Shown here: positions 46,787 through 57,230 of the stretch, one piece after another | Layout of the letters: the number at the start of each line of letters is the position of its first letter | Position numbering within the stretch: the first letter of the stretch is position 1 | Source of the DNA: Candidatus Woesearchaeota archaeon | Lineage (GTDB): Archaea > Nanobdellota > Nanobdellia > Woesearchaeales > SM23-78 | Assembly: GCA_016930415.1 (NCBI GenBank) | Contig: JAFGGS010000022.1 | Location: forward strand, 16,930 to 80,929 | Direction: 5' to 3' | DNA length: 64,000 nucleotides | Made by a program: the position numbers and the translations under genes | The notes under the pieces: model-generated | What the model was told of the DNA's origin: nothing | The model's input: the letters and a program-made list of their open reading frames with translations, nothing else | Database searches by the model: none

Positions 46787-49411
46787 TTACTCCTTGTCCC
46801 TTAACACTGCCTGCGCCGCTGCTAATCTCGCTATAGGTATCCTGTAGGGCGAGCAGCTCACATAGTTGAGGCCTATCCTGTGGCAGAACTCGACGCTTGA
46901 TGGTTCTCCACCGTGCTCTCCGCATATGCCGCACTTGAGCTTTTCCTTGACATGCCTTCCTTTCTTGATGGCTATCTTCATGAGTTCTCCGACGCCGCTC
47001 TGGTCTAGCGCCTGGAATGGGTCTCTCTCGTAGATTCCCAGGTCGACGTAAGCCGGCAGGAACTTGCCGGAGTCGTCTCTAGACAAACCTAGTCCCATCT
47101 GCGTCAAGTCATTCGTCCCGAAGCTGAAGAACTCTGCTTCGCTCGCAATCTCGTCAGCTGTCAAAGCTGCCCGCGGCACCTCGATCATGGTCCCGACCGT
47201 GTACTTGATCTTCTTGCCGCTCTCCTTCATGACATCGTCCGCGACCTTGACGATGATATCTTTCTGGAGCCTTAGCTCTTTCACATGGCCGACTAGCGGA
47301 ACCATGACTTCCGGCTCTACCTCTATTCCTTTCTTCTCGCAAGCGACCGCGGCTTCGAAGATCGCCCTTGCCTGCATCTCTGTTATCTCAGGGAAGATTA
47401 TCCCTAAGCGGCATCCCCTGTGTCCTAGCATAGGGTTGAATTCGTGGAGCTCTTCGCACTTGGCATTCACCCTCTCGAGCGTGACCTTGAGCTCCTTTGC
47501 AAGCTCCTTCTTGTCCTCTTCCTCGTGGGGCAGGAACTCGTGGAGCGGCGGGTCTAGCAGCCTGATGGTGACTGGCAAGCCTTTCATCTCTGTGAAGAGT
47601 CCTGTGAAATCTTCTCGCTGCATCGGCAAGAGCTTTGCCAAGGCCTTCTTCCTGACCTCTAAGCTGTCTGAGAGTATCATCTCCCTGACCGCCTTGATCC
47701 TGTCTCCCTCGAAGAACATGTGCTCTGTCCTGCAAAGGCCGATTCCCTCTGCTCCGAATCCGCGCGCCACCTTGGCGTCTGTCGGAGTGTCTCCGTTAGT
47801 CCTGACCTTTAGTTTCCTGTGCTTGTCAGCCCACTCCATGAGAGTGCCGAAGTCACCGCTAAGGGAGGGATTCATGAGACCTACCTGTCCGTGGAAGACC
47901 TCACCTGTGCTTCCGTCAAGTGTTATGTAGTCATTCTCTTTCAATATGAGGCTTCCGACTGTGAGCTTCTTTGCATCCTCTTCGACCTTTATCTCGCTGC
48001 AGCCAGCGACGCAAGCCTTGCCCATGCCCCTCGCGACGACTGCTGCATGGCTCGTCATGCCGCCCCTCGCTGTCAATATCCCGACTGCAGAGTGCATTCC
48101 CTTGATATCCTCTGGGCTGGTCTCTGTCCTGACGAGCACGACCTTCTCTCCTTTCTCTGCCATCTCGACTGCGTGCTCTGCATGGAAGACTATCTTTCCG
48201 ACAGCCGCGCCTGGGCTTGCAGGCAGTCCCTTGGCGATAGCCTTCACCTTCTTCTTGGCTGCAGGATCGATCGTCTTGTGGAGGAGCTGATCCAGCTGCT
48301 CTGGAGCGACTCTCAAGATCGCTGTCTTCTCGTCTATCAGCTCTTCCTTGACCATCTCGACTGCTATCCTGACTGCTGCGTGGGCGGTCCTCTTGCCGTT
48401 CCTGGTCTGGAGCATGTAGAGCTTCTCCTCCTGGATCGTGAACTCCATGTCCTGCATGTCCTTGTAATGCTTCTCGAGCTTGTCCTTGATCGCGACCAGC
48501 TCTGCGTATTGCTTGTGCATGGTCTTCTTGAGCTCTGAGATCGGGAGGGGTGTCCTTATGCCTGCTACCACGTCTTCTCCTTGAGCGTTCATCAAGAACT
48601 CTCCGTAAAAGTGGTTCTCTCCTGTCGATGGATTCCTTGAGAAGCACACCCCTGTGCCTGAGGTCGGTCCCATGTTGCCGAACACCATAGTCTGGATGTT
48701 GACCGCAGTCCCTAGAAGCCCTGTTATGTTGTTGAGCTTCCTGTAAGTTATCGCCCTCTCGTTGTTCCAGGAGTTGAAGATGGCATTGATGCTAAGCCTC
48801 AGCTGCTCTCTTGGGTCTTGCGGGAAGTCCTTGCCTGTCGCCTTCTTCACGACCTGCTTGTACTCAGTCACGACCTTCTTCAGGTCGCTTGCGTCAAGCT
48901 CAGTATCATACTTGACTCCCTTATTCTCCTTTGCCTTGTCAAGCACTTCCTCGAAGAGCTTGTGCTCGACTCCCATGTCCACGTCCCCGAACATCTGGAT
49001 GAACCGCCTGTAAGAGTCCCAAGCGAACCTTTCATTGCCGCTCTTCCTGATGATGGCCTGGACTGTCTCGTCGTTTATACCTAAGTTTAGGACTGTGTCC
49101 ATCATGCCTGGCATAGAGGCTGCGGCTCCGCTCCTTACCGATACTAAGAGTGGTTTGATCTTGTCGCCGAACCTCGCGTCCATGGCCTTCTCGAGCATCT
49201 CTATGTTCTTCTCAAGCTCCTTGTCTAGCCCTTCTGGCCACTTCTTGGTCTTGTGGAACTCTGCGCAGGTCTCTGTCGTGATGGTGAATCCAGGCGGGAC
49301 AGGCACTCCAAGCCTGGTCATCTCTGCAAGGTTTGCTCCCTTGCCGCCTAGCAAGTCTTTCATGGACTTATCTCCTTCTGAGAAAAAATATACGTACTTC
49401 TTGTTTGTCAT
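46787..49411 (-). CDS. ppdK: pyruvate, phosphate dikinase
   Basis: 874 aa; [22 protein letters not shown]-terminus and [21 protein letters not shown] phosphohistidine region. Confidence 0.85.
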   Translation of the reverse strand: MTNKKYVYFFSEGDKSMKDLLGGKGANLAEMTRLGVPVPPGFTITTETCAEFHKTKKWPEGLDKELEKNIEMLEKAMDARFGDKIKPLLVSVRSGAAASMPGMMDTVLNLGINDETVQAIIRKSGNERFAWDSYRRFIQMFGDVDMGVEHKLFEEVLDKAKENKGVKYDTELDASDLKKVVTEYKQVVKKATGKDFPQDPREQLRLSINAIFNSWNNERAITYRKLNNITGLLGTAVNIQTMVFGNMGPTSGTGVCFSRNPSTGENHFYGEFLMNAQGEDVVAGIRTPLPISELKKTMHKQYAELVAIKDKLEKHYKDMQDMEFTIQEEKLYMLQTRNGKRTAHAAVRIAVEMVKEELIDEKTAILRVAPEQLDQLLHKTIDPAAKKKVKAIAKGLPASPGAAVGKIVFHAEHAVEMAEKGEKVVLVRTETSPEDIKGMHSAVGILTARGGMTSHAAVVARGMGKACVAGCSEIKVEEDAKKLTVGSLILKENDYITLDGSTGEVFHGQVGLMNPSLSGDFGTLMEWADKHRKLKVRTNGDTPTDAKVARGFGAEGIGLCRTEHMFFEGDRIKAVREMILSDSLEVRKKALAKLLPMQREDFTGLFTEMKGLPVTIRLLDPPLHEFLPHEEEDKKELAKELKVTLERVNAKCEELHEFNPMLGHRGCRLGIIFPEITEMQARAIFEAAVACEKKGIEVEPEVMVPLVGHVKELRLQKDIIVKVADDVMKESGKKIKYTVGTMIEVPRAALTADEIASEAEFFSFGTNDLTQMGLGLSRDDSGKFLPAYVDLGIYERDPFQALDQSGVGELMKIAIKKGRHVKEKLKCGICGEHGGEPSSVEFCHRIGLNYVSCSPYRIPIARLAAAQAVLRDKE

Positions 49412-49548
49412 GGTATAACACCCTCCTATGAGCTGTTTTCTAGATCAAGGAAAAAACCTTTTGGTTCTAACCCTTATCCTTCCAAAAGAAAAATGGATTG
49501 TTTATAAATTTTATCTTGGGTTCACAAGAATTTTTGTTTTTCCTGCCT

Positions 49549-50208
49549 TCAGAATCCGCTCAGCGTCTTCTGCTTGCTTTCTGCTTTCTTCGCCGCCGTC
49601 TTCCAAGTCCCCCAGCTTTTCCTGAAGAAGTCGTACTTGTCGTACTTGTCTTTCACGAACTGGGCCGTGACTGGGTCTGCGGGGTAACCTGATCCGAAGT
49701 TGACGTTGTGCTTCTTCTTGAGTTCCTCGATCGCGTGGTCTCGTGTGACCTTTGCAAGGATGCTCGCAGCGCCGACTATGAGATACTTGTAGTCTGCTTT
49801 GTGCTCTACGACTAGCTTCGGCTTGTAGGAAAGCTTCTGCCTAAGATAGTCAGTATATGCCTTTGGATTCGCGCTTGGGCAGTCGACGAACACTTTCTCG
49901 ACGCCATTCTTCTGCTGGTTGTTGATTAGCTTGGCCCCTACGTCTGCCTCAAGCCAGTTGAGGTTCGTCGTCTCGCTCTCGACCGCAGAGTCTATGTCTG
50001 CGGGCCCAACCGCTATTATTTCGTACTTGCAGATCCTCTTGATCTGGCCTATCATGCGCTCCCTGTTAGCGGGGGTTATGAGCTTTGAGTCCTTTACCCC
50101 TATCTTCTCAAGCTCCGGCAGGTCTTTCTCGTCTATCACTGCTATAGCCATGACTATTGGGCCTATCACCGGCCCCCGGCCTGCCTCGTCTATGCCTGCT
50201 ATTATCAT
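49549..50208 (-). CDS. rnhB: ribonuclease HII
   Basis: MIIAGIDEAGRGPVIGPIVMA N-terminal catalytic motif. Confidence 0.85.
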   Translation of the reverse strand: MIIAGIDEAGRGPVIGPIVMAIAVIDEKDLPELEKIGVKDSKLITPANRERMIGQIKRICKYEIIAVGPADIDSAVESETTNLNWLEADVGAKLINNQQKNGVEKVFVDCPSANPKAYTDYLRQKLSYKPKLVVEHKADYKYLIVGAASILAKVTRDHAIEELKKKHNVNFGSGYPADPVTAQFVKDKYDKYDFFRKSWGTWKTAAKKAESKQKTLSGF

Positions 50209-50331
50209 GATACAAGAATAAGGCGCGTTGTTATTTAAATCTTGCTTCTGAATACGTTCTTTGGTTTATTTGTTACTTTCAAGTGGTCTTTGACAGAAAT
50301 TCTTATAAATTAAACACGATTCTCTGAGATT

Positions 50332-51090
50332 ATGGGGAATCCGTTTGAGGAGACTAAAAAAAGACTGCGTTTAGCAGAAGAGGAAGCTAATCGTTATAGA
50401 GATTTATCTCTCTGTGTTATCCTTGCTGGATCAGTCGCTTACTCTCCTAATCACGCAGTTACTGAATCCTCAGATTTAGATTTGATTGTTGTATCTGCTG
50501 ATGTAAAAGGTATGCTGTCACTTCTTATTGAGGACTCTCAAGAATTATCTGCTCTTAAAAACAGGTTCTTTGAGGGTTACTGTCTAAAACGTGAGAGCCA
50601 AGGGATCCCTGTGAGCATACATCTCCTTAGTGAAGATGCCTTTGATATTATTAGTAAATGTTTTGTATCTAATATGCGCGTCTACAGGCCAAAACCAAAA
50701 CCTGAGGCCTATTCCTTACATGGATTTGATGGCGCAGTGTATCCTTATTTCATAAAAAATGTGTCCTTGCCGGATTTAAGGGGTGTGCGCACTATAGTTC
50801 CCATATCCTTCATATATGATGATAGATATCATCTAGGAATCCATAGAGACAAGCTTCTTAGCAATCCGAAGATTTTATGCGAATCCGAACAACATGCCTC
50901 TGCTCGTATTGACAAATTATGGGCTGTTGTTGTGGAAAACTTATATGATGAAGCACATAGGCTATATGGTCATCTGGATTTGGGCAGGATGAACGTACTT
51001 AATGCGTTATCGAGGTCTCATAAGATGACGCCAGCTGTCATTGCAGAAATTACTGGCAAGACCTCGTTCTACTTATCTCGTCTCAGATAA
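50332..51090 (+). CDS. Pol-beta-superfamily nucleotidyltransferase of unknown specificity (low GC)
   Basis: GSVAYSPNHAVTESSDLDLIVV = GS..(x)..DxD minimal NTase motif; about 40% GC. Confidence 0.55.
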   Translation: MGNPFEETKKRLRLAEEEANRYRDLSLCVILAGSVAYSPNHAVTESSDLDLIVVSADVKGMLSLLIEDSQELSALKNRFFEGYCLKRESQGIPVSIHLLSEDAFDIISKCFVSNMRVYRPKPKPEAYSLHGFDGAVYPYFIKNVSLPDLRGVRTIVPISFIYDDRYHLGIHRDKLLSNPKILCESEQHASARIDKLWAVVVENLYDEAHRLYGHLDLGRMNVLNALSRSHKMTPAVIAEITGKTSFYLSRLR

Positions 51091-51967
51091 TCTCTCTTCT
51101 GGATGATGAGGGATCGTACATGTCAAACATTATCACGGCAAGATTCTTGCTTTCCGGATTGTTGCCAGGGGAAAAACAGGTCGTGAATCCTATCTTCTCT
51201 TTGTATTTTCCGGATTTTTTCACAGTTTCGTGTATGTGGCCATGCAGGCTTATCTCTGGTATTTTTGTCTCTATTATTTGTCTTACGCCTTTGCTTCCGA
51301 CATGTTCCCTTGTGCTATTCAGGTCTAGGTTGCTGTTGTAGGGTGGTGCGTGTGTCATTAGGATTGTTTTCTTCATTCTCTTTTTTCTGAAGAGTCTCTC
51401 TAAGTCTTTCTCGATTGTATCTTTCCTGTTTTTGGTCTGTATTACCTTCTTTACTAGTTCTCCGTCTTTGCTACAGAATCCTTCTGTTATGAAGTAAGGC
51501 CTATATTCTTTCTCATCAATATATCGGCTGTCTAGTTTCTCCCAATCCTTGTAGATGAAGGGTGATAGCGGCACGAATGAGTATCCTATCAAGTCATAAT
51601 CCTTCGTGAGGGACGCGATCTTGTTGTGTACTTCTTTAAATCCGGCACTCTCGTTTCTTATGAGGAAACTCCTGTTATCCTTGAAATCATCGTTCCCCAT
51701 GATAAGGAATATCTTGACATCCTTCCTTGTTTTTTTGAAGGACTCCTTGGTTCTTTTTATTAAGGGTATTAGCTCGTTCTTGAGGAATGCTTTCTGAAGC
51801 TTTGGTGTCCTTCTTTCTTTATCTTTTGGAGTTATATCGCCTCCTATGATCACCGCGTCTGCTTGTTCTGAGAGTGCCTTCGCGAAAAGCTTCACATATT
51901 GACTTATGTTGCCATGAAGATCTGCAGTGTATATTATTTTGTAGCTCCTTTTTCCCTTGGATTCCAT
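51083..51967 (-). CDS. calcineurin-like metallophosphoesterase (low GC)
   Basis: DLHGN, GGDI, GNDD, HAPP, GHIHE motif series; converges on and overlaps the NTase gene by 8 nt. Confidence 0.7.
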   Translation of the reverse strand: MESKGKRSYKIIYTADLHGNISQYVKLFAKALSEQADAVIIGGDITPKDKERRTPKLQKAFLKNELIPLIKRTKESFKKTRKDVKIFLIMGNDDFKDNRSFLIRNESAGFKEVHNKIASLTKDYDLIGYSFVPLSPFIYKDWEKLDSRYIDEKEYRPYFITEGFCSKDGELVKKVIQTKNRKDTIEKDLERLFRKKRMKKTILMTHAPPYNSNLDLNSTREHVGSKGVRQIIETKIPEISLHGHIHETVKKSGKYKEKIGFTTCFSPGNNPESKNLAVIMFDMYDPSSSRREII

Positions 51968-52005
51968 TAAGAACTAGAAAGAATTTGGGATTATTTAAAT
52001 TTTAT

Positions 52006-52452
52006 CTACATCTTGGCCTTGACGTAGAGCGTCGATGCGATCTTCGTCAGGAGCATCGCTCCGAGCACGACCGCTATCGAGAGGTCGAAAGGCAGGCTTG
52101 CAAGTCCGCCTGTCGCCATGAGCGCCTTGTTCTGATATGATTGCCATAGCGCCATACCTATAAGGGCTGCTATCGCCGCGAACGAGCAGTTCCTCTCTAT
52201 TATCAGTTGGTGCATGTTCTCCCGCTCGTCACTCACTCTCGGCAGCTGCATCATGATGTGGAGTATGTCTGCTATGAATACCGTGAAGACTACTCCCAGC
52301 ACTATGGGCTTCACTGCCTCGTTGAAGCCCGCCGCTGTCACGAATCCAAGGATCGCCGCGGCCGCTGCCACGTAGACCCATCCTTGCCATGTCCTTGGGG
52401 CGACTCCCCATCCGAATATCCTGTATTTGAACCATTCCGGTTTTCCAATCAT
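52006..52452 (-). CDS. hypothetical membrane protein
   Basis: 148 aa, 3-4 predicted TM segments. Confidence 0.4.
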   Translation of the reverse strand: MIGKPEWFKYRIFGWGVAPRTWQGWVYVAAAAAILGFVTAAGFNEAVKPIVLGVVFTVFIADILHIMMQLPRVSDERENMHQLIIERNCSFAAIAALIGMALWQSYQNKALMATGGLASLPFDLSIAVVLGAMLLTKIASTLYVKAKM

Positions 52453-52462
52453 GTTCTCACCT

Positions 52463-52508
52463 TTTGTACTTGTTGTAAGTTTTTCTTTGTACTTGTTGTA
52501 AGTTTTTC
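52463..52508. repeat. perfect 2 x 23-nt tandem direct repeat (tttgtacttgttgtaagtttttc)
   Basis: Seen directly in intergenic region between membrane-protein genes. Confidence 0.9.
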
Positions 52509-52519
52509 TTCTTGCTGTT

Positions 52520-52942
52520 CTAATTGTATCTTAGTAGTATCCTGTACGATGCAGTGTACACTATCATCATGTAGCATATTAGGTAGCTCATGAACATGTG
52601 ATGAGGCACTGCTATCGCGCTTATCCCGTCTATTATGATCACTATGAATGCTAGCAGCACGACTGCGAGGAACGTCACCCTGTTCGCCTTGGCCGCGACG
52701 TGGAGCATCCTCTCGTCCACGACCCTCTTCTTGCTGGTTATTGATTGGAGCGTGACTATCGCCAGGCTCACCAGGCCTACGTAGACCAGCCAGTTGCCGA
52801 CCGTCCCGAATCCAAGGAAGTCTCCTGCGCCTGCTCCGCTGGTGTTGAAGATTGCTCCCAGCGCTATCATGGCTATCCCGAAGCCGTATTTCCATGCTTT
52901 TCTCTTCTTCACGTTCCTTTCTTGGTTCTCTTCTTTCATCAT
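52520..52942 (-). CDS. hypothetical membrane protein (often paired with XRE HTH)
   Basis: 140 aa, multi-TM; immediately downstream of small XRE regulator. Confidence 0.4.
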   Translation of the reverse strand: MMKEENQERNVKKRKAWKYGFGIAMIALGAIFNTSGAGAGDFLGFGTVGNWLVYVGLVSLAIVTLQSITSKKRVVDERMLHVAAKANRVTFLAVVLLAFIVIIIDGISAIAVPHHMFMSYLICYMMIVYTASYRILLRYN

Positions 52943-52964
52943 GATCGCCTCTTCATCCTTTGCC

Positions 52965-53165
52965 TTACAGTCCGAACAGGTCTTCTACCTTGCACTTGAA
53001 GAGCTTGGCGAGCTTCAGGGCCAGCTCGAGCGAAGGCACGTATTTGCCTCCTTCGATGGAGATGATGGTCTGGCGGGTCACGCCGACAGCCTCTGAGAGC
53101 TTCTCCTGACTCATACTCTTCTTCTCGCGGTATTCTTTTAGCCTATTCTTGGTTATTGCCATGTC
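52965..53165 (-). CDS. XRE-family (Cro/C1-type) HTH transcriptional regulator
   Basis: KSMSQEKLSEAVGVTRQTIISIEGGKYVPSLELALKLAKLF is a classical HTH_XRE; start ambiguous (ORF extends to 53195). Confidence 0.6.
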   Translation of the reverse strand, partial: DMAITKNRLKEYREKKSMSQEKLSEAVGVTRQTIISIEGGKYVPSLELALKLAKLFKCKVEDLFGL

Positions 53166-53274
53166 CAACACCTGTCGCGCGATGGTTGCCGCCACGCGCT
53201 TATGTAAAGCTAACTATACGTAAAGTATGCTTTACTATTTATATTTTTTGGTTTCAGAATAAGAAAAAGGCACT

Positions 53275-54396
53275 CTAGATGCCTTTGATGCTCTCCTTGA
53301 GCCCTTCGCCGTCCGGCAGGTGCTTTGGCTCTTTCAATCCTTCGAGTTTCTCGAGGACGCCGACGTGCTCGAGCCCTACTTTGCCGTAGAAGAGCTTCCT
53401 CAAGGCGTCCTTCCCGTTCTTTTCAAGGTATTCTTTCACGTCGTAGTATCCTTTCAGGTAGACTAGGTCTTTTGTATATCCGCCGGGCAGGAAGGTATCT
53501 CTTAGTCCTCGCTTCGCGCGCAGCGTCAGGTTCCAGGCCTCTTCATCGCTGAAGAACTTTTTCAGTATCTCAAAGACCTCCCGAAAGCTCTTATATGAGT
53601 TTCCGACGGCAACAACCCTGCCTGCAAAAACTTTCATCCTCTCTTCGCACAAGCATCCATGCATCTCCTCGACGTTCGCTGCCACTCCTTCCTCTGTCAA
53701 GAGGTAGCCTGGGAATCCTGTGATGAACAGCTTGTAATCCTGCGCTTCGCCGTTCGCCGCCCGGAAGACGTGGGTTCCGATCTCATGGACCACTAGGCCT
53801 TTCAGGACGCCAGGAGAGACTGCAGCCCTCTTCCTCACATAGACCTTCTTCGTGGCGGAGTACACTGCTGCAAGGGCTGTTATGTCAGACTCCTCCACCT
53901 TCCAATATGGAAGGCCGCTCTTTGCAAGGGCTTCTTGCATGGCCTTCATTATATCAGGCGATCCGAGTGTCTTGACGTCGCATGTTTTCTCTCCCTTGAC
54001 ACTATTCTCGTGCAGAATCTTGAGTGCCTTCTCCATCAGCCCCTTATCAGGCTTCCCATAAAGCCTCTCTGAGAAGAACGTGAACTCGTCCTTGCCTATG
54101 CTGTCAAGCAATAACGCAGTCGCGGACAATTGCTCCCTCTTCTCGACGAGCAGGGCAGAGTATATGTCTCCCTCCGGCAGCTTTATCTGCTTCAAGGACT
54201 CGAGCTTATCATTGACAAGCACCCACGCGTTCGCAGGCTCGTAAGAAAAAACAGGGTTCTTTGCTTCTCCTGAGAAAAAACGCTTCTTCTCCTCTGAAAC
54301 GTTCAGGGGCGAGAGCTTCGTGAAGAGTTCTGACAGTGAAGACTCGACCTCAAGAAGAACCTTATCATACCTCTTTGCTTCCTCAGATAAGCTCAT
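53275..54396 (-). CDS. putative zinc metallopeptidase (HExxH, DUF1704-like)
   Basis: VVHEIGTHVFRAANGE HExxH motif in 373-aa soluble protein. Confidence 0.4.
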   Translation of the reverse strand: MSLSEEAKRYDKVLLEVESSLSELFTKLSPLNVSEEKKRFFSGEAKNPVFSYEPANAWVLVNDKLESLKQIKLPEGDIYSALLVEKREQLSATALLLDSIGKDEFTFFSERLYGKPDKGLMEKALKILHENSVKGEKTCDVKTLGSPDIMKAMQEALAKSGLPYWKVEESDITALAAVYSATKKVYVRKRAAVSPGVLKGLVVHEIGTHVFRAANGEAQDYKLFITGFPGYLLTEEGVAANVEEMHGCLCEERMKVFAGRVVAVGNSYKSFREVFEILKKFFSDEEAWNLTLRAKRGLRDTFLPGGYTKDLVYLKGYYDVKEYLEKNGKDALRKLFYGKVGLEHVGVLEKLEGLKEPKHLPDGEGLKESIKGI

Positions 54397-54414
54397 TTTC
54401 TAATTCTCAAGGCT

Positions 54415-55272
54415 TTACGCCTTCTCAAGCCTTGCGATCCTCTTCTCGATCGGGGGGTGTGTGCTAAACATCTCGAACAAGAAGCTCCTCTTGAAAGGAT
54501 TGACAATGAAAAGAGAGCTCGTGGCTGCGTGGCTGCTATCAGCCTGCATCGGGTGGCTCTTGTTAGCGCTATCAAGCTTCCTAAGCGCGCTAGCAAGGGG
54601 CTTACCCGTATGGATCATCTTGGCAGCGCTCGCATCGGCCAGGTACTCCCTAGTCCTAGAGATTGCGAGCTGAAGTATGAGCGCAATCAAAGGCGCGAGT
54701 ATCCCGATGACTAAGAGGCTTATCAGGTTGCCTGCGCCGCCGTTATCATCACGGCCTCCAAAGCCGCCGAAGAGCGCAGTCCACCTCGCCATGCTCGCAG
54801 CGTAGCTGATCACTCCTGCAAGGACGCCCGCGACTGTCTGTATGAGGGTGTCCCTGTTCTTGATGTGGCTGACTTCGTGAGCAATCACTCCTTTAAGCTC
54901 CTCCTCGCTAAGCAAGCTCATGATTCCGCTAGTCACAGCCACAGCAGAGTGGCTTGGGCTCCTGCCAGTCGCAAACGCGTTCGGCGTTGCGCTCTCCACC
55001 AAGTAGACCTTAGGCATGGGAATCCCTGCCTTGTGAGCGACCTCCCGGACGACGGGGATGACTTCGTGGCCCTTAGGAGCCTCCTTTGCCTTGTACATCC
55101 AAAGCACTATCTTGTCACTCCACCAATACATCGCGCCGTTGAAGACGAGGACGAACACGAGCGCGATGGCTAGTCCAGTGTATCCTCCGAAGAACTGACC
55201 TATCCAAAGCACGAGCGCAGTGAGCAGCGCCAGCAAAACAGCTGTCTTTGCAGTATTAGTGAAATAACCCAT
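54415..55272 (-). CDS. htpX: membrane protease HtpX (M48)
   Basis: N-terminal TMs and HEVSHIKNRD zinc-binding motif. Confidence 0.85.
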   Translation of the reverse strand: MGYFTNTAKTAVLLALLTALVLWIGQFFGGYTGLAIALVFVLVFNGAMYWWSDKIVLWMYKAKEAPKGHEVIPVVREVAHKAGIPMPKVYLVESATPNAFATGRSPSHSAVAVTSGIMSLLSEEELKGVIAHEVSHIKNRDTLIQTVAGVLAGVISYAASMARWTALFGGFGGRDDNGGAGNLISLLVIGILAPLIALILQLAISRTREYLADASAAKMIHTGKPLASALRKLDSANKSHPMQADSSHAATSSLFIVNPFKRSFLFEMFSTHPPIEKRIARLEKA

Positions 55273-55337
55273 TAGGCCACCCCTTTATCTAGGCTTGTCG
55301 GAACAGAACTCTGTTTTTAAAGATTGTGGATTAGAAG

Positions 55338-56270
55338 TCATGTCCCAAGAATCCTTCTTATCTCATCCTCGTCCTTCGCCTTTCCAAGGCTGTGCCTAAG
55401 AGCCGCTCCTCCCTTCATGCCTGTCGTGAAGAGCTGGCAGTGGAGCTTTGTCCGAACAAAACCTACTTCGTGCTTCTTCGCTAGGAACAGGTAAGTCTTG
55501 ATCATCTTGAGCTTTGCCTCGTCATCCGCTTGCTTGAAACTCTTCTTCCTGAGATAATCATTCACCTGCCTAAAGATAAGAGGATTCTTCATCGCCGCCC
55601 TGCCTATCATCACGTAGTCGCACCCAGTCTCTTCCATCAACCTAAGAGCGTCGGGCGGAGAGAAGACATCTCCGTTTCCTATCACAGGAATGTTTACAGT
55701 CTCCTTGACTTGCTTGATTATGCTCCAGTCAGCCTTGCCGGAATAGCCTTGGCTCATAGTCCTGGGGTGCACGGCAATCGCCGCAGCCCCTGCCTCTTCG
55801 CAGGCCTTTGCGATGTCTATTGCCACGATCTTCTTGCCTTCGAACGCGCTCCTGATCTTCACAGTGAACGGCGTACTCAGGGAAGAGCTGCAAGCCTTCA
55901 CGATCTCGACCACTCGGTTCTTCCTGATGAGAAGTGATGAGCCAGCTCCCTGCCTGATGATCTGCCTTGCAGGGCATCCCAGGTTGAAGTCAATTACGTC
56001 AGGCTTGTAATGCTCCTCCAAGTACTGCGCGGCCTTCACTATCTCCTCGGTCTTCTGGCCGAATAGCTGGAGGCCGAACGGGTGCTCTTCAGGTACGACA
56101 TCGATCAGCTTAATGGTCGCCTTATTCTTGCGCGCAAGGGCTGGCGCGCTTATCATCTCAGAATAAGTCATGCCGCAGCCAAGATCCTTGCAAAGCAGCC
56201 TGAAGGCCAAGTCGTTTATGCCGGCCATCGGCGCAAGGATAGTCTTTGACTCTAGCTTCGGGAACTTCAT
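55338..56270 (-). CDS. dus: tRNA-dihydrouridine synthase
   Basis: LAPMAGINDLAFRLLC N-terminus and TIM-barrel FMN pattern. Confidence 0.8.
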   Translation of the reverse strand: MKFPKLESKTILAPMAGINDLAFRLLCKDLGCGMTYSEMISAPALARKNKATIKLIDVVPEEHPFGLQLFGQKTEEIVKAAQYLEEHYKPDVIDFNLGCPARQIIRQGAGSSLLIRKNRVVEIVKACSSSLSTPFTVKIRSAFEGKKIVAIDIAKACEEAGAAAIAVHPRTMSQGYSGKADWSIIKQVKETVNIPVIGNGDVFSPPDALRLMEETGCDYVMIGRAAMKNPLIFRQVNDYLRKKSFKQADDEAKLKMIKTYLFLAKKHEVGFVRTKLHCQLFTTGMKGGAALRHSLGKAKDEDEIRRILGT

Positions 56271-56271
56271 C

Positions 56272-57192
56272 TTACAAGTGAGCCTCTTCCCGCTCGCACA
56301 CCTTAGATGCGTTCTGGGCGCCTAGCTCTCCGCACCTCTGCACAGGCATCCTGTTGATGAAGCCTGTCAGGAATCCTGCCGCGTATGCGTCGCCTGCGCC
56401 GTTAGTATTCACAAGCTTTGCAGGAGGGACAACAGGAATATCATAGTTGACTCCGTCATGCCGCACGACCGATCCCTTAGCCCCTTTTTTTAGGACGACG
56501 ACGGGGCAGGCCTTGCCAAGCTCCTCAAGAGCCTCGTAAGGTCTTTTCTTAACATAAGCCTCAGCCTCTTCCTCGGTCACGAAGAGCACATCGAGCTCCT
56601 TGATGACCTCTGCCAACTGCTCCCTGACAGGCTCGATTATGCCAGGATCCGCCATGTCAAGGCTCAGCTTCAAGCCCTTCTCCTTTGCGTTCCTCAATAC
56701 GTTCATGACATTCCTAGGATTGGCGATTATCTCATAGCCTGACGTGAACAGCATCTTTGCGCCGTCCAGGTTGGAAAGATCATAATCATGCGTGACAGAC
56801 ACTCCCAGGTTGGACACGACCGCCCGCTCCTTGTCAGGGGTTATCATGACGTAGCACACGCCGCTAGGACCCTTTGCAGTCTCAACAAAGGACTTGATGC
56901 CAGCCTTCTCAAGATAATCAATGTAAGCCTTGCCGTACTCATCAGGTCCGAGAGTCGCAAAGAGCCCTGCCTTGAGCCCTAGCTTCCTCGCGCCGAAGAC
57001 GACGTTAGTCGGCGCCCCTCCTTGCGAGACCAGCTTCTTTTTTGAGCCAGCCACCTTGTGAAGTTCAGCAGAGTCCACTTCAGGCTCAGACCTGTGAAAG
57101 CCTTTCACTGCTTTTATCCTCTCAACTTCCTCGTCAGTTACGTCGAACGTGAGGTCTGTGAGCGCGTTTGCCAAACCAATCAAGTCAACCAT
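56272..57192 (-). CDS. PfkB-family carbohydrate/nucleoside kinase
   Basis: C-terminal NTNGAGDAYAAGF PfkB signature. Confidence 0.75.
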   Translation of the reverse strand: MVDLIGLANALTDLTFDVTDEEVERIKAVKGFHRSEPEVDSAELHKVAGSKKKLVSQGGAPTNVVFGARKLGLKAGLFATLGPDEYGKAYIDYLEKAGIKSFVETAKGPSGVCYVMITPDKERAVVSNLGVSVTHDYDLSNLDGAKMLFTSGYEIIANPRNVMNVLRNAKEKGLKLSLDMADPGIIEPVREQLAEVIKELDVLFVTEEEAEAYVKKRPYEALEELGKACPVVVLKKGAKGSVVRHDGVNYDIPVVPPAKLVNTNGAGDAYAAGFLTGFINRMPVQRCGELGAQNASKVCEREEAHL

Positions 57193-57230
57193 GGTCTTAA
57201 GAGAGAAAACAAGGGCTTATAAGGTTTTTG

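Noticed and set aside
47064-48647. Several 200+ aa ORFs on both strands inside ppdK
   Set aside because: Alternative frames of a confidently identified 874-aa PPDK gene
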